Below are positions 30,148 through 39,843 of a stretch of DNA of 64,000 nt, piece by piece. The position numbers were made by a program, and so were the translations under genes. The first letter of the stretch is position 1. Every line of letters begins with the position of its first letter. The notes under the pieces are model-generated. The model was not told the DNA's origin. It ran no database searches and saw nothing but the letters and a program-made list of their open reading frames with translations. The DNA is from an uncultured delta proteobacterium. Lineage in GTDB: Bacteria; Desulfobacterota; BSN033; UBA1163. The stretch is taken from positions 896,001-960,000 of the forward strand of contig CAVPSJ010000004.1 of NCBI GenBank assembly GCA_963708295.1, in the 5' to 3' direction.

Positions 30148-30285
30148 ATGAATGAGAGAGCATTTATAGAAAACCAGATTGCATCGATCAGGGAAACCGT
30201 GGGGAATGGCATTGCTATTAATGCGCTCAGCGGGGGGGTGGATAGTTCCATAGTAACGGTCCTTGGACACCGCAGCCCAAGATGA
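30148..30285 (+). pseudogene. Truncated GMP synthase ATP-pyrophosphatase domain fragment (45 codons)
   Basis: MNERAFIENQIASIRETVGNGIAINALSGGVDSSIVTVLGHR (PP-loop SGGVDS) with its own SD; the stop overlaps the MFS ATG. Confidence 0.7.
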
Positions 30286-31469
30286 AGTCCGAAAGAAACA
30301 AAAAAGCTCGCTCCCTCTTCTCCTTCTGCGCCTTTCATTTTATCGATGACGGTTTTACGGATTCCCTCTATCTCCTTCTTCCTTTCATTGCCGCCGAGAT
30401 GCATCTGAATTTCAGCCAGGTGGGGTTGCTGAAGGGAGTTTTTTCCGGTTCCATGGCCCTGTTTCAGGTTCCATTGAGCTTTTTGGGTGAAAGGATTGGC
30501 GAGCTGACCGTGATTGGAGCTGGAACATTTGGGCTGGCTGGTGGTTTTTTGCTCCTGGGCTGGGTCCATTCCTTTCCGGCGATTCTTGTCTCTCTCATTC
30601 TTGCCAAGGCAACGGGAGGAGGACAGCACGGTTTAAGTTCTTCTCTCCTCTCGAGGGTCTTCGAAATTTCCGGACGGCGGACAGCCATGGGAACTTACAA
30701 TTTCTCCGGCGATATGGGGAAAGTCTGCCTTCCATTCTTGCTGGCTTTAATGATCAACCTCTGGGGCTGGAGACAGGGCGTTTTGGTTCTTTCCGTCTTT
30801 GCAGTTGCAGCAACGGCTGCCCTCTGGACGGTCGCCAGAGAGAAAGGGAAGGTTTCGCTTGTTTCTTCATCCCAGGAGGGGTTCTCAGGAAAAAAAGGGG
30901 ATTGGGGAGTACGGGACTTGAAGAGCTTTTCGTCCCTTTTGACTATTGGCGTTATCGACATCACCACCCGAACGGCTTTACTTACTTTTCTTCCTTTTCT
31001 CCTTCTTCGAAAAGGAATTCCAATGGCTCACGTGGGCTTTGCCCTGACCCTTCTTTTCGCGGGAGGCGCGGCTGGAAAATTTGTCTGTGGAATTCTCGCG
31101 GAAAGGCTTGGAATTATTCCGATGGTGGTTGGGACAGAGATCCTGACTTCTGCTGGAATTCTTTCCTTAATCTGGCTTCCTTCTTCGCTAACGTGGATCT
31201 CTCTCCCCATGGTGGGGATCGTCTTAAACGGGACCTCCTCTGTTCTGTATGCTACGGTGGCGGAGATGATCGCTCCGAGCGCCCGTTCAAGGGGATATGG
31301 CCTCTACTATGCGATCACCCTGGGCTCAGGAGCCATTGCTCCGATGGTCTATGGCCTCTTCACCGATTTTTTTGGCCTTTCTATGACCTTGGTCGCCGTC
31401 GGATTGGTCGTTCTATTGACCCTTCCTCTCACCCGATACCTTGTTTCACCCAAAGCGCTGGCTTACTAG
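30282..31469 (+). CDS. MFS transporter (Fsr-like)
   Basis: HFIDD..LLPFI, multiple TM segments, GILAERLG motif. Confidence 0.88.
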   Translation: MKSERNKKARSLFSFCAFHFIDDGFTDSLYLLLPFIAAEMHLNFSQVGLLKGVFSGSMALFQVPLSFLGERIGELTVIGAGTFGLAGGFLLLGWVHSFPAILVSLILAKATGGGQHGLSSSLLSRVFEISGRRTAMGTYNFSGDMGKVCLPFLLALMINLWGWRQGVLVLSVFAVAATAALWTVAREKGKVSLVSSSQEGFSGKKGDWGVRDLKSFSSLLTIGVIDITTRTALLTFLPFLLLRKGIPMAHVGFALTLLFAGGAAGKFVCGILAERLGIIPMVVGTEILTSAGILSLIWLPSSLTWISLPMVGIVLNGTSSVLYATVAEMIAPSARSRGYGLYYAITLGSGAIAPMVYGLFTDFFGLSMTLVAVGLVVLLTLPLTRYLVSPKALAY

Positions 31470-32191
31470 GCCTTCTTCATGAGCTCTTTTAATCGATTCA
31501 CGGCTGGGGGCAACACCTCTGCGATGCTTTCATCAAAACGGAGATGGCATCTGCTGTCCACGGGGGTCTCCCCCTGATTGATAATGACCAGACGAGCTCT
31601 TCCCCTCAAGGCGACCTCGGGCAATTCATTTGCGGGACCGACGACGAGGCTCGAACCGACGACCACAAAAAGATCACTTTGACTTGAATGCCAGAAAGAG
31701 TCCTCGAGATCTTTCTGAGGAACAGGTTCGCCAAAGTTAATGACACTCGAAACCAGTTTACCCCCACAGGAACACGTTTCTAGACCCAGGGACTTGGCGA
31801 CCTGAGTCTCGCATTGTTGACATCTGAGCCTCGCTACATTGCCATGCAATTCAGCCAGCAGCTCAAGCCGGATCCCCGATCGTAGATGAAGGTTGTCCAC
31901 GTTCTGAGTGATGAGAAACCTCAATTTACCGAGATTCTGCAGGTCCACGATTGCTCGATGACACGCATTCGGCTCGACCGATGTGTAGAGTCTGAATTTG
32001 GTTGGAAGCTCCTTGTCTTCGCTTGTCCAGAAACCCTCTGGCCCTCTCACATTGGACACGCCTGATTCGGTACTGATGCCCGCCCCTGTCAAGATGACGA
32101 TATTTACAGCCTCGAGTATCCATCGGGCCAATTTTTGAATTCGTTCTTCTAAGTCCTTCATCTTCGTCAACGATCCCCCTTTAACTTTCAT
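31466..32191 (-). CDS. Sir2/CobB family NAD-dependent deacylase
   Basis: TGAGISTESG, ITQNVDNLH, ELHGN, CxxC..CxC, VGSSL, IIN. Confidence 0.9.
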   Translation of the reverse strand: MKVKGGSLTKMKDLEERIQKLARWILEAVNIVILTGAGISTESGVSNVRGPEGFWTSEDKELPTKFRLYTSVEPNACHRAIVDLQNLGKLRFLITQNVDNLHLRSGIRLELLAELHGNVARLRCQQCETQVAKSLGLETCSCGGKLVSSVINFGEPVPQKDLEDSFWHSSQSDLFVVVGSSLVVGPANELPEVALRGRARLVIINQGETPVDSRCHLRFDESIAEVLPPAVNRLKELMKKA

Positions 32192-32473
32192 TCAGGCCAG
32201 ATGATATAAAACCGATGATGAGAGTAGCCGAGACCCTCGCCGGAACGAAGGTTTTCTTGCTAACGATGATCCGTGCCAGACCGCACGCCAGTCTATGGTT
32301 CTTAAAAGGTACCAGGGAGGACGAGACGAGTCAATACCTATTCAAGAATTCTCCCACGAAGACATTTGTAACCTTTTCTGACCTGTCACTTCAAGCTTCT
32401 TGAATTCGATTTATCATTGGACGGAGATTGGTTATAATACCCTTACCTTTGGCAGTCGCGAAAGGAAGGGAAG

Positions 32474-33718
32474 ATGGATCACAAAGATTGGGTGCGGCAG
32501 GAATTGCGGAAATTGAGCCTATCTTTGGGCTTCCGGTATACGCCTCTTGAAGAGGTTGAGAAACGTCTCGTCCGCGTCAGAACCGGTATGGAAAATCAGG
32601 GGATGGAGGGTCTTCTGGTGATTCAGAAGATGAATCTCTACTATCTTTCCGGGACCGCACAAGACGGCTTTCTCTTCGTACCTTTGGAGGGAGAGCCGTT
32701 GCTCATGATTAAAAGGGAACTGGAGCGGGCCAAGGCAGAATCGCCGGTGAGGGATGTTGTCCCGTTAAAATCTAACCGAGAAATCCCTTCGCTGATACAG
32801 GCCCATTACGGCAAAGTGCCTTCCATCGTGGGACTGGAGTTGGATATCCTTCCGGTAAGAGATTACTTCAAATTTCAGGGATTTTTCCCGGGCATCCAAT
32901 TCATGGATGCCTCTTCGATCCTGGGAGAGACGCGGAAGATAAAATCCCTTTTTGAGATCGATCTGATGAGAAAAGCCGGAGAAATAGGAATGAAGGTTTA
33001 CCAGGAGGCAAGAGAGGTTCTTAAAGAGGGGATGACAGAAATTGAATTCGGTGGCTGCTTGGAAGCGGCCGCCAAGAAATATGGCCATGAAGGGCTTCTC
33101 AGGGTCAGGTCTCTGAACTATGAGGCTTATTCTTGGCACATCCTGAGTGGTCTCACAGGAGGAATTGTGAGTCAGTCGGATTCTCCCATGGGAGGTTTGG
33201 GGCTCTCGCCGGCCTTCCCAGTGGGAGCAAGCCTCAAGGTGATGAAGGCTCAGGAACCCATCTTGGTGGACTTCGGAACATGTTTTCATGGATATCAGGC
33301 AGACGAGACGCGGATGTTTTCCATTGGGAAAATGGAGCAGAAATTTATTGACGCTTACAACGCATGTAAAGAGATCCAGGATGCGGTTTTGGAAGAGACT
33401 CGACCGGGAGCGGATTGTGAGACCCTCTTTTTGAAAACCCTTCCGCTGGCTGAAAAACTGGGCTACAAGGACAGTTTCCTGGGCCCCCCGCGCCTACAGA
33501 CCCGTTTCATTGGACACGGCATCGGCCTGGAGCTGAACGAGTTGCCTTTCCTCGCCCAGAATCAATCTTATCCCCTTGAGGAAGGAATGACGTTTGCCGT
33601 GGAACCTAAAATCGTGTTTCCAGGAGAGGGGTCTGTGGGGATTGAGAATACGGTCGTGGTCACAAAGGACGGCTATCAGGTCATTACTCCGGCCGAACAG
33701 GAGATTTTTCAGCTGTGA
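32474..33718 (+). CDS. Xaa-Pro aminopeptidase (M24) family protein
   Basis: GYQADETR, GHGIGLELNE, FAVEPK, GIENTV. Confidence 0.92.
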   Translation: MDHKDWVRQELRKLSLSLGFRYTPLEEVEKRLVRVRTGMENQGMEGLLVIQKMNLYYLSGTAQDGFLFVPLEGEPLLMIKRELERAKAESPVRDVVPLKSNREIPSLIQAHYGKVPSIVGLELDILPVRDYFKFQGFFPGIQFMDASSILGETRKIKSLFEIDLMRKAGEIGMKVYQEAREVLKEGMTEIEFGGCLEAAAKKYGHEGLLRVRSLNYEAYSWHILSGLTGGIVSQSDSPMGGLGLSPAFPVGASLKVMKAQEPILVDFGTCFHGYQADETRMFSIGKMEQKFIDAYNACKEIQDAVLEETRPGADCETLFLKTLPLAEKLGYKDSFLGPPRLQTRFIGHGIGLELNELPFLAQNQSYPLEEGMTFAVEPKIVFPGEGSVGIENTVVVTKDGYQVITPAEQEIFQL

Positions 33719-33887
33719 AGTTGGCTTTCTTGATACGTGGATCTGGGATGTGTATCAACCTGGCCGGAACGTGCCCCGTCTCGCTAGGCGGGGTCAAGGG
33801 GCACAATACAAATGAAACTTCCTTTGCTCGCATTCTGCTCGCCACTGCGTGCTCGGGAAGCCCCGCCCTGTGGGCGTGGAGCTTCAC
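33715..33887. mobile_element. Non-autonomous IS200/IS605-like remnant (MITE/PATE)
   Basis: Ends in GAAGCCCCGCCCTGTGGGCGTGGAGCTTCAC, resembling IS605-family right ends. Internal hairpin GCCCCGTC..GGCGGGGT; bounded by GTGAAG/CTTCAC. Confidence 0.5.
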
Positions 33888-33893
33888 AAAGGG

Positions 33894-34103
33894 TTAATCA
33901 AGTGTTATACCTGTAACATCCTCCATGGCTACACGCTGGAAAAAAATTTTCTTACCTCCTGAACGATTTCCTAAGACCATTCTTCCCCAATTCACAACCG
34001 ATTCGTTCGTTATTCGCTTTGGATCTTTTCTTCTCTCCGGCAAAATTCCGATAAATTCATATCCATTTGTTTCATCAAAACAGAATAACTCGTAAGCAAC
34101 CAT
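33894..34103 (-). CDS. Small hypothetical protein
   Basis: 69-aa ORF MVAYELFCFDE..IGILPERRKDPKRIT..WGR with plausible composition. Confidence 0.6.
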   Translation of the reverse strand: MVAYELFCFDETNGYEFIGILPERRKDPKRITNESVVNWGRMVLGNRSGGKKIFFQRVAMEDVTGITLD

Positions 34104-34376
34104 ATATCAGGAAGACCTCTATCCAATGATTTTAATTGACCTTAGGGCAGCATTTTTCATACCAAATTTCGTTATCTTTATAACACTCTATAATTAAAGG
34201 ATTTATCCCTATTTGTGCTGGAGTAAGGTTGAAAGACATTTTGTACAAAATTGAACAGTTTTCATAGATAAACTGTCCTATTCCCTTTCTTCAAGAAGAT
34301 CCCATTATCCTGCAATTTGAATAAGGAGATCCGTGCGCCGTCTAAATGAATAAAGATGAAGGAAAGGAGTGATACT

Positions 34377-34562
34377 ATGAATACGAAGCTGATTCTCATT
34401 GGAATTCTGCTTCTTGCCAGTCTGACATTCTCAGGGTGTGTATGGTATGGGGGACATGGTTCTGGGACCTATGGCTATTCCCATGATCAAGGATATGGAG
34501 ACCGTGGTGACTGGGATCGTGGCCATCATAGTTCGGGGCGTGGCTACGGTCATTGGCGATGA
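34377..34562 (+). CDS. Small Gly/His/Tyr-rich lipoprotein
   Basis: SD AAGGAG, lipobox FSGC, low-complexity tail; followed by hairpin GGGAAAGCCTC..GAGGCTTTCCC. Confidence 0.7.
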   Translation: MNTKLILIGILLLASLTFSGCVWYGGHGSGTYGYSHDQGYGDRGDWDRGHHSSGRGYGHWR

Positions 34563-34732
34563 AATAAGAAAGCGGAGGGAAAGCCTCTCACTTATTGAGG
34601 CTTTCCCCCCGGCAGTGGAGACATACCCAACCCGATTGTCCCACCCTGACCGTTCTATCGGCATCTCCCCTCCGTCATGATTACGATACAATCTCCAAGG
34701 GGAGAGGGATGCCTTAGGGGCAGGTCACATGA

Positions 34733-35104
34733 ACCTGCTGAAAAACTCACTTTCTTCGGGCTGATCAAAAATGCCCCCGCCTGCGCCGAGACTTCGGCAG
34801 GCAGATGCAAGTTACTAAGGAGTCCATCATAAAGAAGACATATGTTTCGGAAATCTCCCCCCTGCCTTCGCCCCGCAAGGCGGGGCTTCGCGCAGGGAGG
34901 TCACCCCTCTTTGCCAAAGAGGGGTAATTCCTCCCTTTTGTAAAGGGAGGGAAGGAGGGATTTAGTCTTCAGTGTCCATATAATTATGGACTGATTAGTA
35001 AATCTGCGAAATCCCGTTTACGGGGGCACCCGAAATCCTTGTAGGGGACGCATATATGCGTCCTCTACGACGTACGCCGCAGAAGGGCGTTTTTCAGCAG
35101 CCTG
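34733..35104. mobile_element. MITE-like element with nested REP-like palindromes
   Basis: Terminal inverted repeats CTGCTGAAAAAC / GTTTTTCAGCAG. Inner CCCCTCTTT..AAAGAGGGG and CTCCCTTT..AAAGGGAG stems, plus GTAG-type REP GTAGGGGACGCATATATGCGTCCTCTAC (35041-35068). Confidence 0.6.
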
Positions 35105-35173
35105 CGTGGCATCATTGTCAAGCCTGTATCGCATCATTTGACCCTTGCTGGAACAAATGATAAGCTTTCTCTG

Positions 35174-35857
35174 ATGAACAATGAGAGGAGTCAGCTTTTT
35201 GATCAATGGCCTGAGGCGTACGATAGATGGTTCATAACGCCGACCGGCTCGCTCGTAAAAAAGTATGAAATTGAATTGATCCTGAATTTGTTAACTCCCA
35301 AAGAAGGTGAAATCATTCTGGATGCTGGCTGCGGGACGGGGATCTTCACATCTGATATTCTCTCCTCAGGCTCAAAGGTCATAGGGCTGGATCTATCCTT
35401 TCCCATGCTCAGGAGAGCAGAAAAGAAACTTGGAGGATACCCCTTTCGGATTGTTTTGGGTGACATGCTCAACTTGCCTTTTTCGGAAGGTTCCTTTGAC
35501 AAAGCGGTTTCAGTCACCGCCCTTGAATTCATTGAAGATGGAAGGACTGCCGTGGGCGAACTATTTCGTGTTACGAAGAGAGGAGGGGTCGTTGTGGTGG
35601 CCACCCTGAACAGCCTGAGCCCATGGGCCTTTCGCAGGAGAGGCGAAGCAAAGGAAAGGAACAGTATATTTGAAAAAGCAATTTTTAGGCCTCCTGATGA
35701 ACTGCGCTCTCTTTCTCCCTCGGCAGGTGCGGTCGACACAGCGATCCATTTTCAAAAAGGAGATGATCCAGAGCGGGCTGTTGAGATTGAGCAGGAAGGA
35801 AAAAGAAGACATTTGAACACAGGGGCTTTTGTCGCTGCGCGTTGGGAAAAAAAGTAG
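35174..35857 (+). CDS. Class I SAM-dependent methyltransferase
   Basis: ILDAGCGTG, GLDLS..ML, LPF..SFD, RVTKRGG. Confidence 0.9.
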   Translation: MNNERSQLFDQWPEAYDRWFITPTGSLVKKYEIELILNLLTPKEGEIILDAGCGTGIFTSDILSSGSKVIGLDLSFPMLRRAEKKLGGYPFRIVLGDMLNLPFSEGSFDKAVSVTALEFIEDGRTAVGELFRVTKRGGVVVVATLNSLSPWAFRRRGEAKERNSIFEKAIFRPPDELRSLSPSAGAVDTAIHFQKGDDPERAVEIEQEGKRRHLNTGAFVAARWEKK

Positions 35858-35932
35858 CCATTCTCCGGTAAGGTGGAAGCTTTTTTGAGGGTTTCCTAAG
35901 AAAGAAATCGAGGCCCGTCAGAGGAGGCAAGA

Positions 35933-36133
35933 ATGGATCAGAAGAAAAAGCTGGTCGTCGTCATCGAGCACTGGATCGAACATAACGAGAGCCACGGAAG
36001 TGAGTACAAGAAATGGGCTCAAACAGCGGGTGAACTAGGACTGGATTCAGTCAAGGCTGAAATCGAAGAAGCCGTTGAAAAAATCTCAGAAGCAAACCGA
36101 CATCTCGCGGAAGCGTTGAAAATAGTGGAATAG
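35933..36133 (+). CDS. Small helical His-rich putative metal-binding protein
   Basis: SD GAGGAGG; HWIEHNESH..EY motif. Confidence 0.7.
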   Translation: MDQKKKLVVVIEHWIEHNESHGSEYKKWAQTAGELGLDSVKAEIEEAVEKISEANRHLAEALKIVE

Positions 36134-36362
36134 ACGTCCTCCTCGCTCCCTCGAGGAGCCTTCATCTTACTTTTTGTGCAGAAGGCATCGGATCTCTACT
36201 CGAACATCTACTGGAGAATCGGGAAAAGTATGCCGGCGAGCCAATGTCGCGTCAAGGAACATCCTGTCTGATAGACCCCCTGCGCTTCATCTCTTAAACT
36301 GATCTGTGCAGCTCCCAAGGAGTATCAATAATCAAACGGGCTTTGACGCCCTTGTGGGTAAG

Positions 36363-37151
36363 TCATTGCCCCCTCAAGAACGCTAACAGGGCTGCGTTGA
36401 AACCTTCGGCCTGCTCCACATTGGAGAGGTGGCGGGCAGAGGGCAATACCACCAACTTTGAGTTTGCGATACGCTTGTGCATGGCCTCTGAGGCGGCGAC
36501 CGGTGTTCCAGGATCGTCTTCCCCGACGATGATCAGAGTGGGAGTCTTGATCCCGGAAATGCGGTCCAGATAATGAAGCCTTCGAATCGCTTCCGCGCAG
36601 CCCATATAACCTGCCACGGGGGTAGCGAGGATCTGCTCCCGAATCAACTCGACCATGGGAGGGTCCTGTCTGAGGAAAGCTGGAGTAAACCAGCGCTCCA
36701 GGGTTTCTCCGGATAGAATCTCCATTCCTTTCTTGCGTACCTTATCCAGACGCTCTTGCCATAACGGTTGCGCCTCTGACGGGACGACGGAGGCCGTATC
36801 ACACAAGGCGAGGCTCCTCAGGCGATGTGGATGATTCAGGACAAGGCACTGACCGATCATCCCGCCCATCGACAACCCAACAAAGTGCACTCGATCCATA
36901 TCCAAGGCGTCCAATAAACAAATGACGTCCTCCGCCAAAAGCTCCAGGGTATAAGGGCCGGAAGGGGCGTCGCTCGCACCGTGGCCCCGGGTATCATACC
37001 GCAGTACTTTAAAATAAGGATTCAAGACATCGATCTGAGGATTCCACATCAGGAGACTGCTACTCAGGGAATGGCTCAAAATGACCGCCGGAGCGTCCTT
37101 TTTCCCGGAGAGTTCGTAGTTCATCCAAATTCCGTTGGCTTTGATTCGCAT
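36363..37151 (-). CDS. pcaD: 3-oxoadipate enol-lactonase-like alpha/beta hydrolase
   Basis: SHSL, RYDTRGHG, GLSMGG, GEDDPGTP, HLSNVEQ. Confidence 0.82.
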   Translation of the reverse strand: MRIKANGIWMNYELSGKKDAPAVILSHSLSSSLLMWNPQIDVLNPYFKVLRYDTRGHGASDAPSGPYTLELLAEDVICLLDALDMDRVHFVGLSMGGMIGQCLVLNHPHRLRSLALCDTASVVPSEAQPLWQERLDKVRKKGMEILSGETLERWFTPAFLRQDPPMVELIREQILATPVAGYMGCAEAIRRLHYLDRISGIKTPTLIIVGEDDPGTPVAASEAMHKRIANSKLVVLPSARHLSNVEQAEGFNAALLAFLRGQ

Positions 37152-37312
37152 TGTGTCTCCGATCGAGCCGTATTCTCCCAATACGTCAATGATTCTTGAA
37201 CCGTAGACTCAGACGGATCTTCATACTTCCTTGATCGATCAGAAATCCATTATAAAAGGAAAGGGTGCCTACTTGTCAACGGAAACCGGAGTAAGCTACC
37301 TCTCTTTTTCTC

Positions 37313-37366
37313 TTGACAAAGGGAGAAAAAGAAGTTATTCTGGTCTCAGTTACCATAGGGGGGTAT
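37313..37366 (+). promoter_or_regulatory. Sigma70 promoter plus CsoR-type operator
   Basis: TTGACA-N17-TATTCT, and TACCATAGGGGGGTA (37351-37365), matching the TAC..G-tract..GTA CsoR/RcnR operator pattern. Confidence 0.7.
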
Positions 37367-37369
37367 AGT

Positions 37370-37645
37370 ATGGATCCGGAAAAGAAAGAGGTCTTGCTGA
37401 GGTTACGAAGGATTGAGGGGCAAATCCGAGGCCTTCAGAGGATGGTCGAAGAAGGCGTTCCTTGTACGGATGTTCTGACCCAGGTGGCGGCGGCCACAGC
37501 CGCTATGAAAAAGGTGGGAACGGTCGTTGTTAAAACATATATGGAAGAATGTCTGGATAAGACTCAGAAGAAATCCGGTGTGAGGCGAGAGGATGCCTTA
37601 AAAGATTTTCAGAAGGCCGTTTCTCGGTATATCGATTGGGCCTGA
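37370..37645 (+). CDS. CsoR/RcnR family metal- or persulfide-sensing repressor
   Basis: RLRRIEGQIRGLQRMVEE..C.DVLTQVAA, YMEEC. Confidence 0.9.
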   Translation: MDPEKKEVLLRLRRIEGQIRGLQRMVEEGVPCTDVLTQVAAATAAMKKVGTVVVKTYMEECLDKTQKKSGVRREDALKDFQKAVSRYIDWA

Positions 37646-37681
37646 CCGTCGTAATAGTATAGATAAAAAGGAGGAGCGAAC

Positions 37682-38278
37682 ATGAGTGAAGCCTTAGCGA
37701 CAAGGAGTGAGGAGACCAGAAGAGGCACGATGACGGTAGACGATCTGGCGAGACAGTTAGCGGATCTGAGGAGGCAGGTTGAAAACATCAAACCAGGGGT
37801 CGATGACCGGGTGTCGATCATCGTCTTTAGCGGGGATCTGGACAAGGTGCTGGCCGCCTTTGTAATTGCAACGGGAGCAGTGGCCATGGGAATGGAAGCG
37901 GTGATGTTCTTTACCTTTTGGGGCACCCCGGTTCTGAGAGATGCGAAGAAGAGCGTAGGGGGTAAAGATCTGATGGGGAAGATGTTCGGATTCATGCTTC
38001 CGAAGGGGAGGAATGCGATCAAGCTTTCGAAGATGAACATGGGGGGGATGGGGACCTCGCTGATGAAATCGTTGATGAAAAAGAAGAATGTGGCCTCGTT
38101 GGACCAGATGCTCCAGATGGCGGGAGAGCTCGGAGTGAAGATTACCATTTGTGAGATGTCGATGAATCTGATGGGGTTTCAGCAGGGAGAATTCATTGAC
38201 TATCCGAACCTGGAGTATGCGGGGGTGGCCGCGTTCCTGGAGCAGGCTAAAAACAGCAAGGTCCAGCTCTTCATTTAG
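37682..38278 (+). CDS. DsrE2/DrsH-like sulfur-relay family protein
   Basis: SIIVFSGDLDK, FFTFWG, LSKMNMGGMG, CEMSM, AGVAAFL. Confidence 0.9.
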   Translation: MSEALATRSEETRRGTMTVDDLARQLADLRRQVENIKPGVDDRVSIIVFSGDLDKVLAAFVIATGAVAMGMEAVMFFTFWGTPVLRDAKKSVGGKDLMGKMFGFMLPKGRNAIKLSKMNMGGMGTSLMKSLMKKKNVASLDQMLQMAGELGVKITICEMSMNLMGFQQGEFIDYPNLEYAGVAAFLEQAKNSKVQLFI

Positions 38279-38322
38279 GTGTACTCATAAATATTCGGGC
38301 CCGTAGAAAGGAGAAAAGTAAA

Positions 38323-38529
38323 ATGGGATCGAGCATAAAAGTGAAAGGGATGAGCTGCCAGCATTGCGTGATGTCTGTCACGAAGGCGCTGGGTCAGCTG
38401 GAAGGAATCAAGAACGTTCAGGTGGACCTTGCCCAAGGAGAGGTCCGGTTTGATAATACGAAAGAGATCGCGTCCGGCCGGATTGAGAAAGCCGTCACCG
38501 ATGCAGGCTATCAAGTGGTTCCGTCATAG
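38323..38529 (+). CDS. copZ: Heavy-metal-associated copper chaperone
   Basis: GMSCQHC motif, AGY. Confidence 0.88.
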   Translation: MGSSIKVKGMSCQHCVMSVTKALGQLEGIKNVQVDLAQGEVRFDNTKEIASGRIEKAVTDAGYQVVPS

Positions 38530-38541
38530 GACGAAACAGTT

Positions 38542-38688
38542 AAATCCGAAGCGCGAATTTCGAAATCCGAAAGAAATTCGAATTTTCGAAATGAACATTC
38601 TACAAGGTCCCTAAAAAAAGACTGCCTGGAGTTTTGAAAATTTGAAATTAGGATTTGTTTCGAGTTTCGATATTCGAAATTCGAATTT
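38542..38688. repeat. Heptamer-unit inverted-repeat hairpin (AAATYCG family)
   Basis: Left arm AAATCCG AAGCGCG AATTTCG AAATCCG; right arm CGAGTTT CGATATT CGAAATT CGAATTT. Confidence 0.8.
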
Positions 38689-38711
38689 ATGATCTAAAGG
38701 GAGGGAAAGAA

Positions 38712-38915
38712 ATGCCTATCTATGAATATCGATGTCGCAAGTGTGAGTTCATCTTTGAGAGATTCCAGAAGGTCAACGAAGGGGGGGAGTCTTTGACCTG
38801 CCCTGCCTGTGGGGAAAAGAAGCCTGAGAAGATTCTTTCCGGCTTTTCTTCTTCCAGGGGAACGGAGTCAACCTCATCGTGCGGCTCTTCGGGTGGCTCG
38901 TCTAGATTCAGCTGA
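38712..38915 (+). CDS. FmdB family zinc-ribbon protein
   Basis: MPIYEYRCRKC..FE..CPACG. Confidence 0.88.
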   Translation: MPIYEYRCRKCEFIFERFQKVNEGGESLTCPACGEKKPEKILSGFSSSRGTESTSSCGSSGGSSRFS

Positions 38916-39175
38916 GGCTGATCGCCACCGGTGGTTCACCGGTTTAATGAGTTTGTTTCCCTGGGTCATCCTGACCAACTCCTACCGCGTCCAATCTACC
39001 TTTGGGTGCACGGAGGGGGTGCTTTTATTCATTGTATGAAATCCGAACGTACGTTTCAAGAAAAAAGCGGCGCCAGACCCCGCAATCAAACACTTCCAGA
39101 ATGATCACGGGACGTGATGAATATCAAGAGAGCAGCCCCGGCGTTAGGCGCAAATGGAAGGACAGACGAACCTAC

Positions 39176-39217
39176 AAAAAGGAAGGGCCCGATCCTCATG
39201 CTGAGGTCGGGCCCTTC
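39176..39217 (-). terminator. Terminator of the ribosomal protein supercluster
   Basis: GAAGGGCCCGA..TCGGGCCCTTC stem with a U-tract on the minus strand, just after rplQ. Confidence 0.8.
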
Positions 39218-39234
39218 GCAAGCTCAAGAGATCC

Positions 39235-39834
39235 TCATTTACTTTTTTCTTCGGAGGATTTCTTCTTTGGTTTCGCCTTCTTCTCTTTGGGGGCTTCTTT
39301 TTCCACTTTCTTGACCTTCTTTTCTTTCTTCTCTTCTTTTGCCTTTTCCTTTGGCTTTTCTTTCGGCTTCTCCTTGTCCTTCTCTTTCTTTTCTACCTTT
39401 TCCTTCTTTTTTGGGGTCACCTTTCCGAGAACTTCTTTGGCTTTTGCGATGGTCGATTTCTTCTTCTCCTCGGGATGAGCAAAGGTGACCAGTTCCACGA
39501 GGGAGAGGGGGGCCGCATCCCCCTGCCGCCATCCTAATTTGTAAACCCGGGTATAACCTCCCTGGCGGTCCTTTAATTTGGGGGCGATTTCATCGAAGAG
39601 TTTCTTGACGATCCCCTTATCCCGGAGGAGGGAAAAGGCTCGTCTTCTGGCATGCAGCGTTCCCTTTTTTCCTAAACTGATCATCTTGTCTGCCCAACTT
39701 CGAAGCTCTTTTCCCTTCGCCAAGGTGGTTTTGATCCGTTCATGTTGGAGCAGCGAGACCAACATATTCCGGAACATCAGCTCTCGATGCTGAGTATGGC
39801 GACTTAATTTCCTGCCTGCAACACGATGCCTCAT
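39235..39834 (-). CDS. rplQ: 50S ribosomal protein L17 with Lys/Glu-rich C-terminal extension
   Basis: [24 protein letters not shown]. Confidence 0.97.
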   Translation of the reverse strand: MRHRVAGRKLSRHTQHRELMFRNMLVSLLQHERIKTTLAKGKELRSWADKMISLGKKGTLHARRRAFSLLRDKGIVKKLFDEIAPKLKDRQGGYTRVYKLGWRQGDAAPLSLVELVTFAHPEEKKKSTIAKAKEVLGKVTPKKKEKVEKKEKDKEKPKEKPKEKAKEEKKEKKVKKVEKEAPKEKKAKPKKKSSEEKSK

Positions 39835-39843
39835 TCCTGACTC

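Noticed and set aside
38920-39175. Possible ncRNA (e.g. 6S) between fmdB and the rplQ terminator
   Set aside because: No recognisable conserved motif or long stem by eye; needs an Rfam search.
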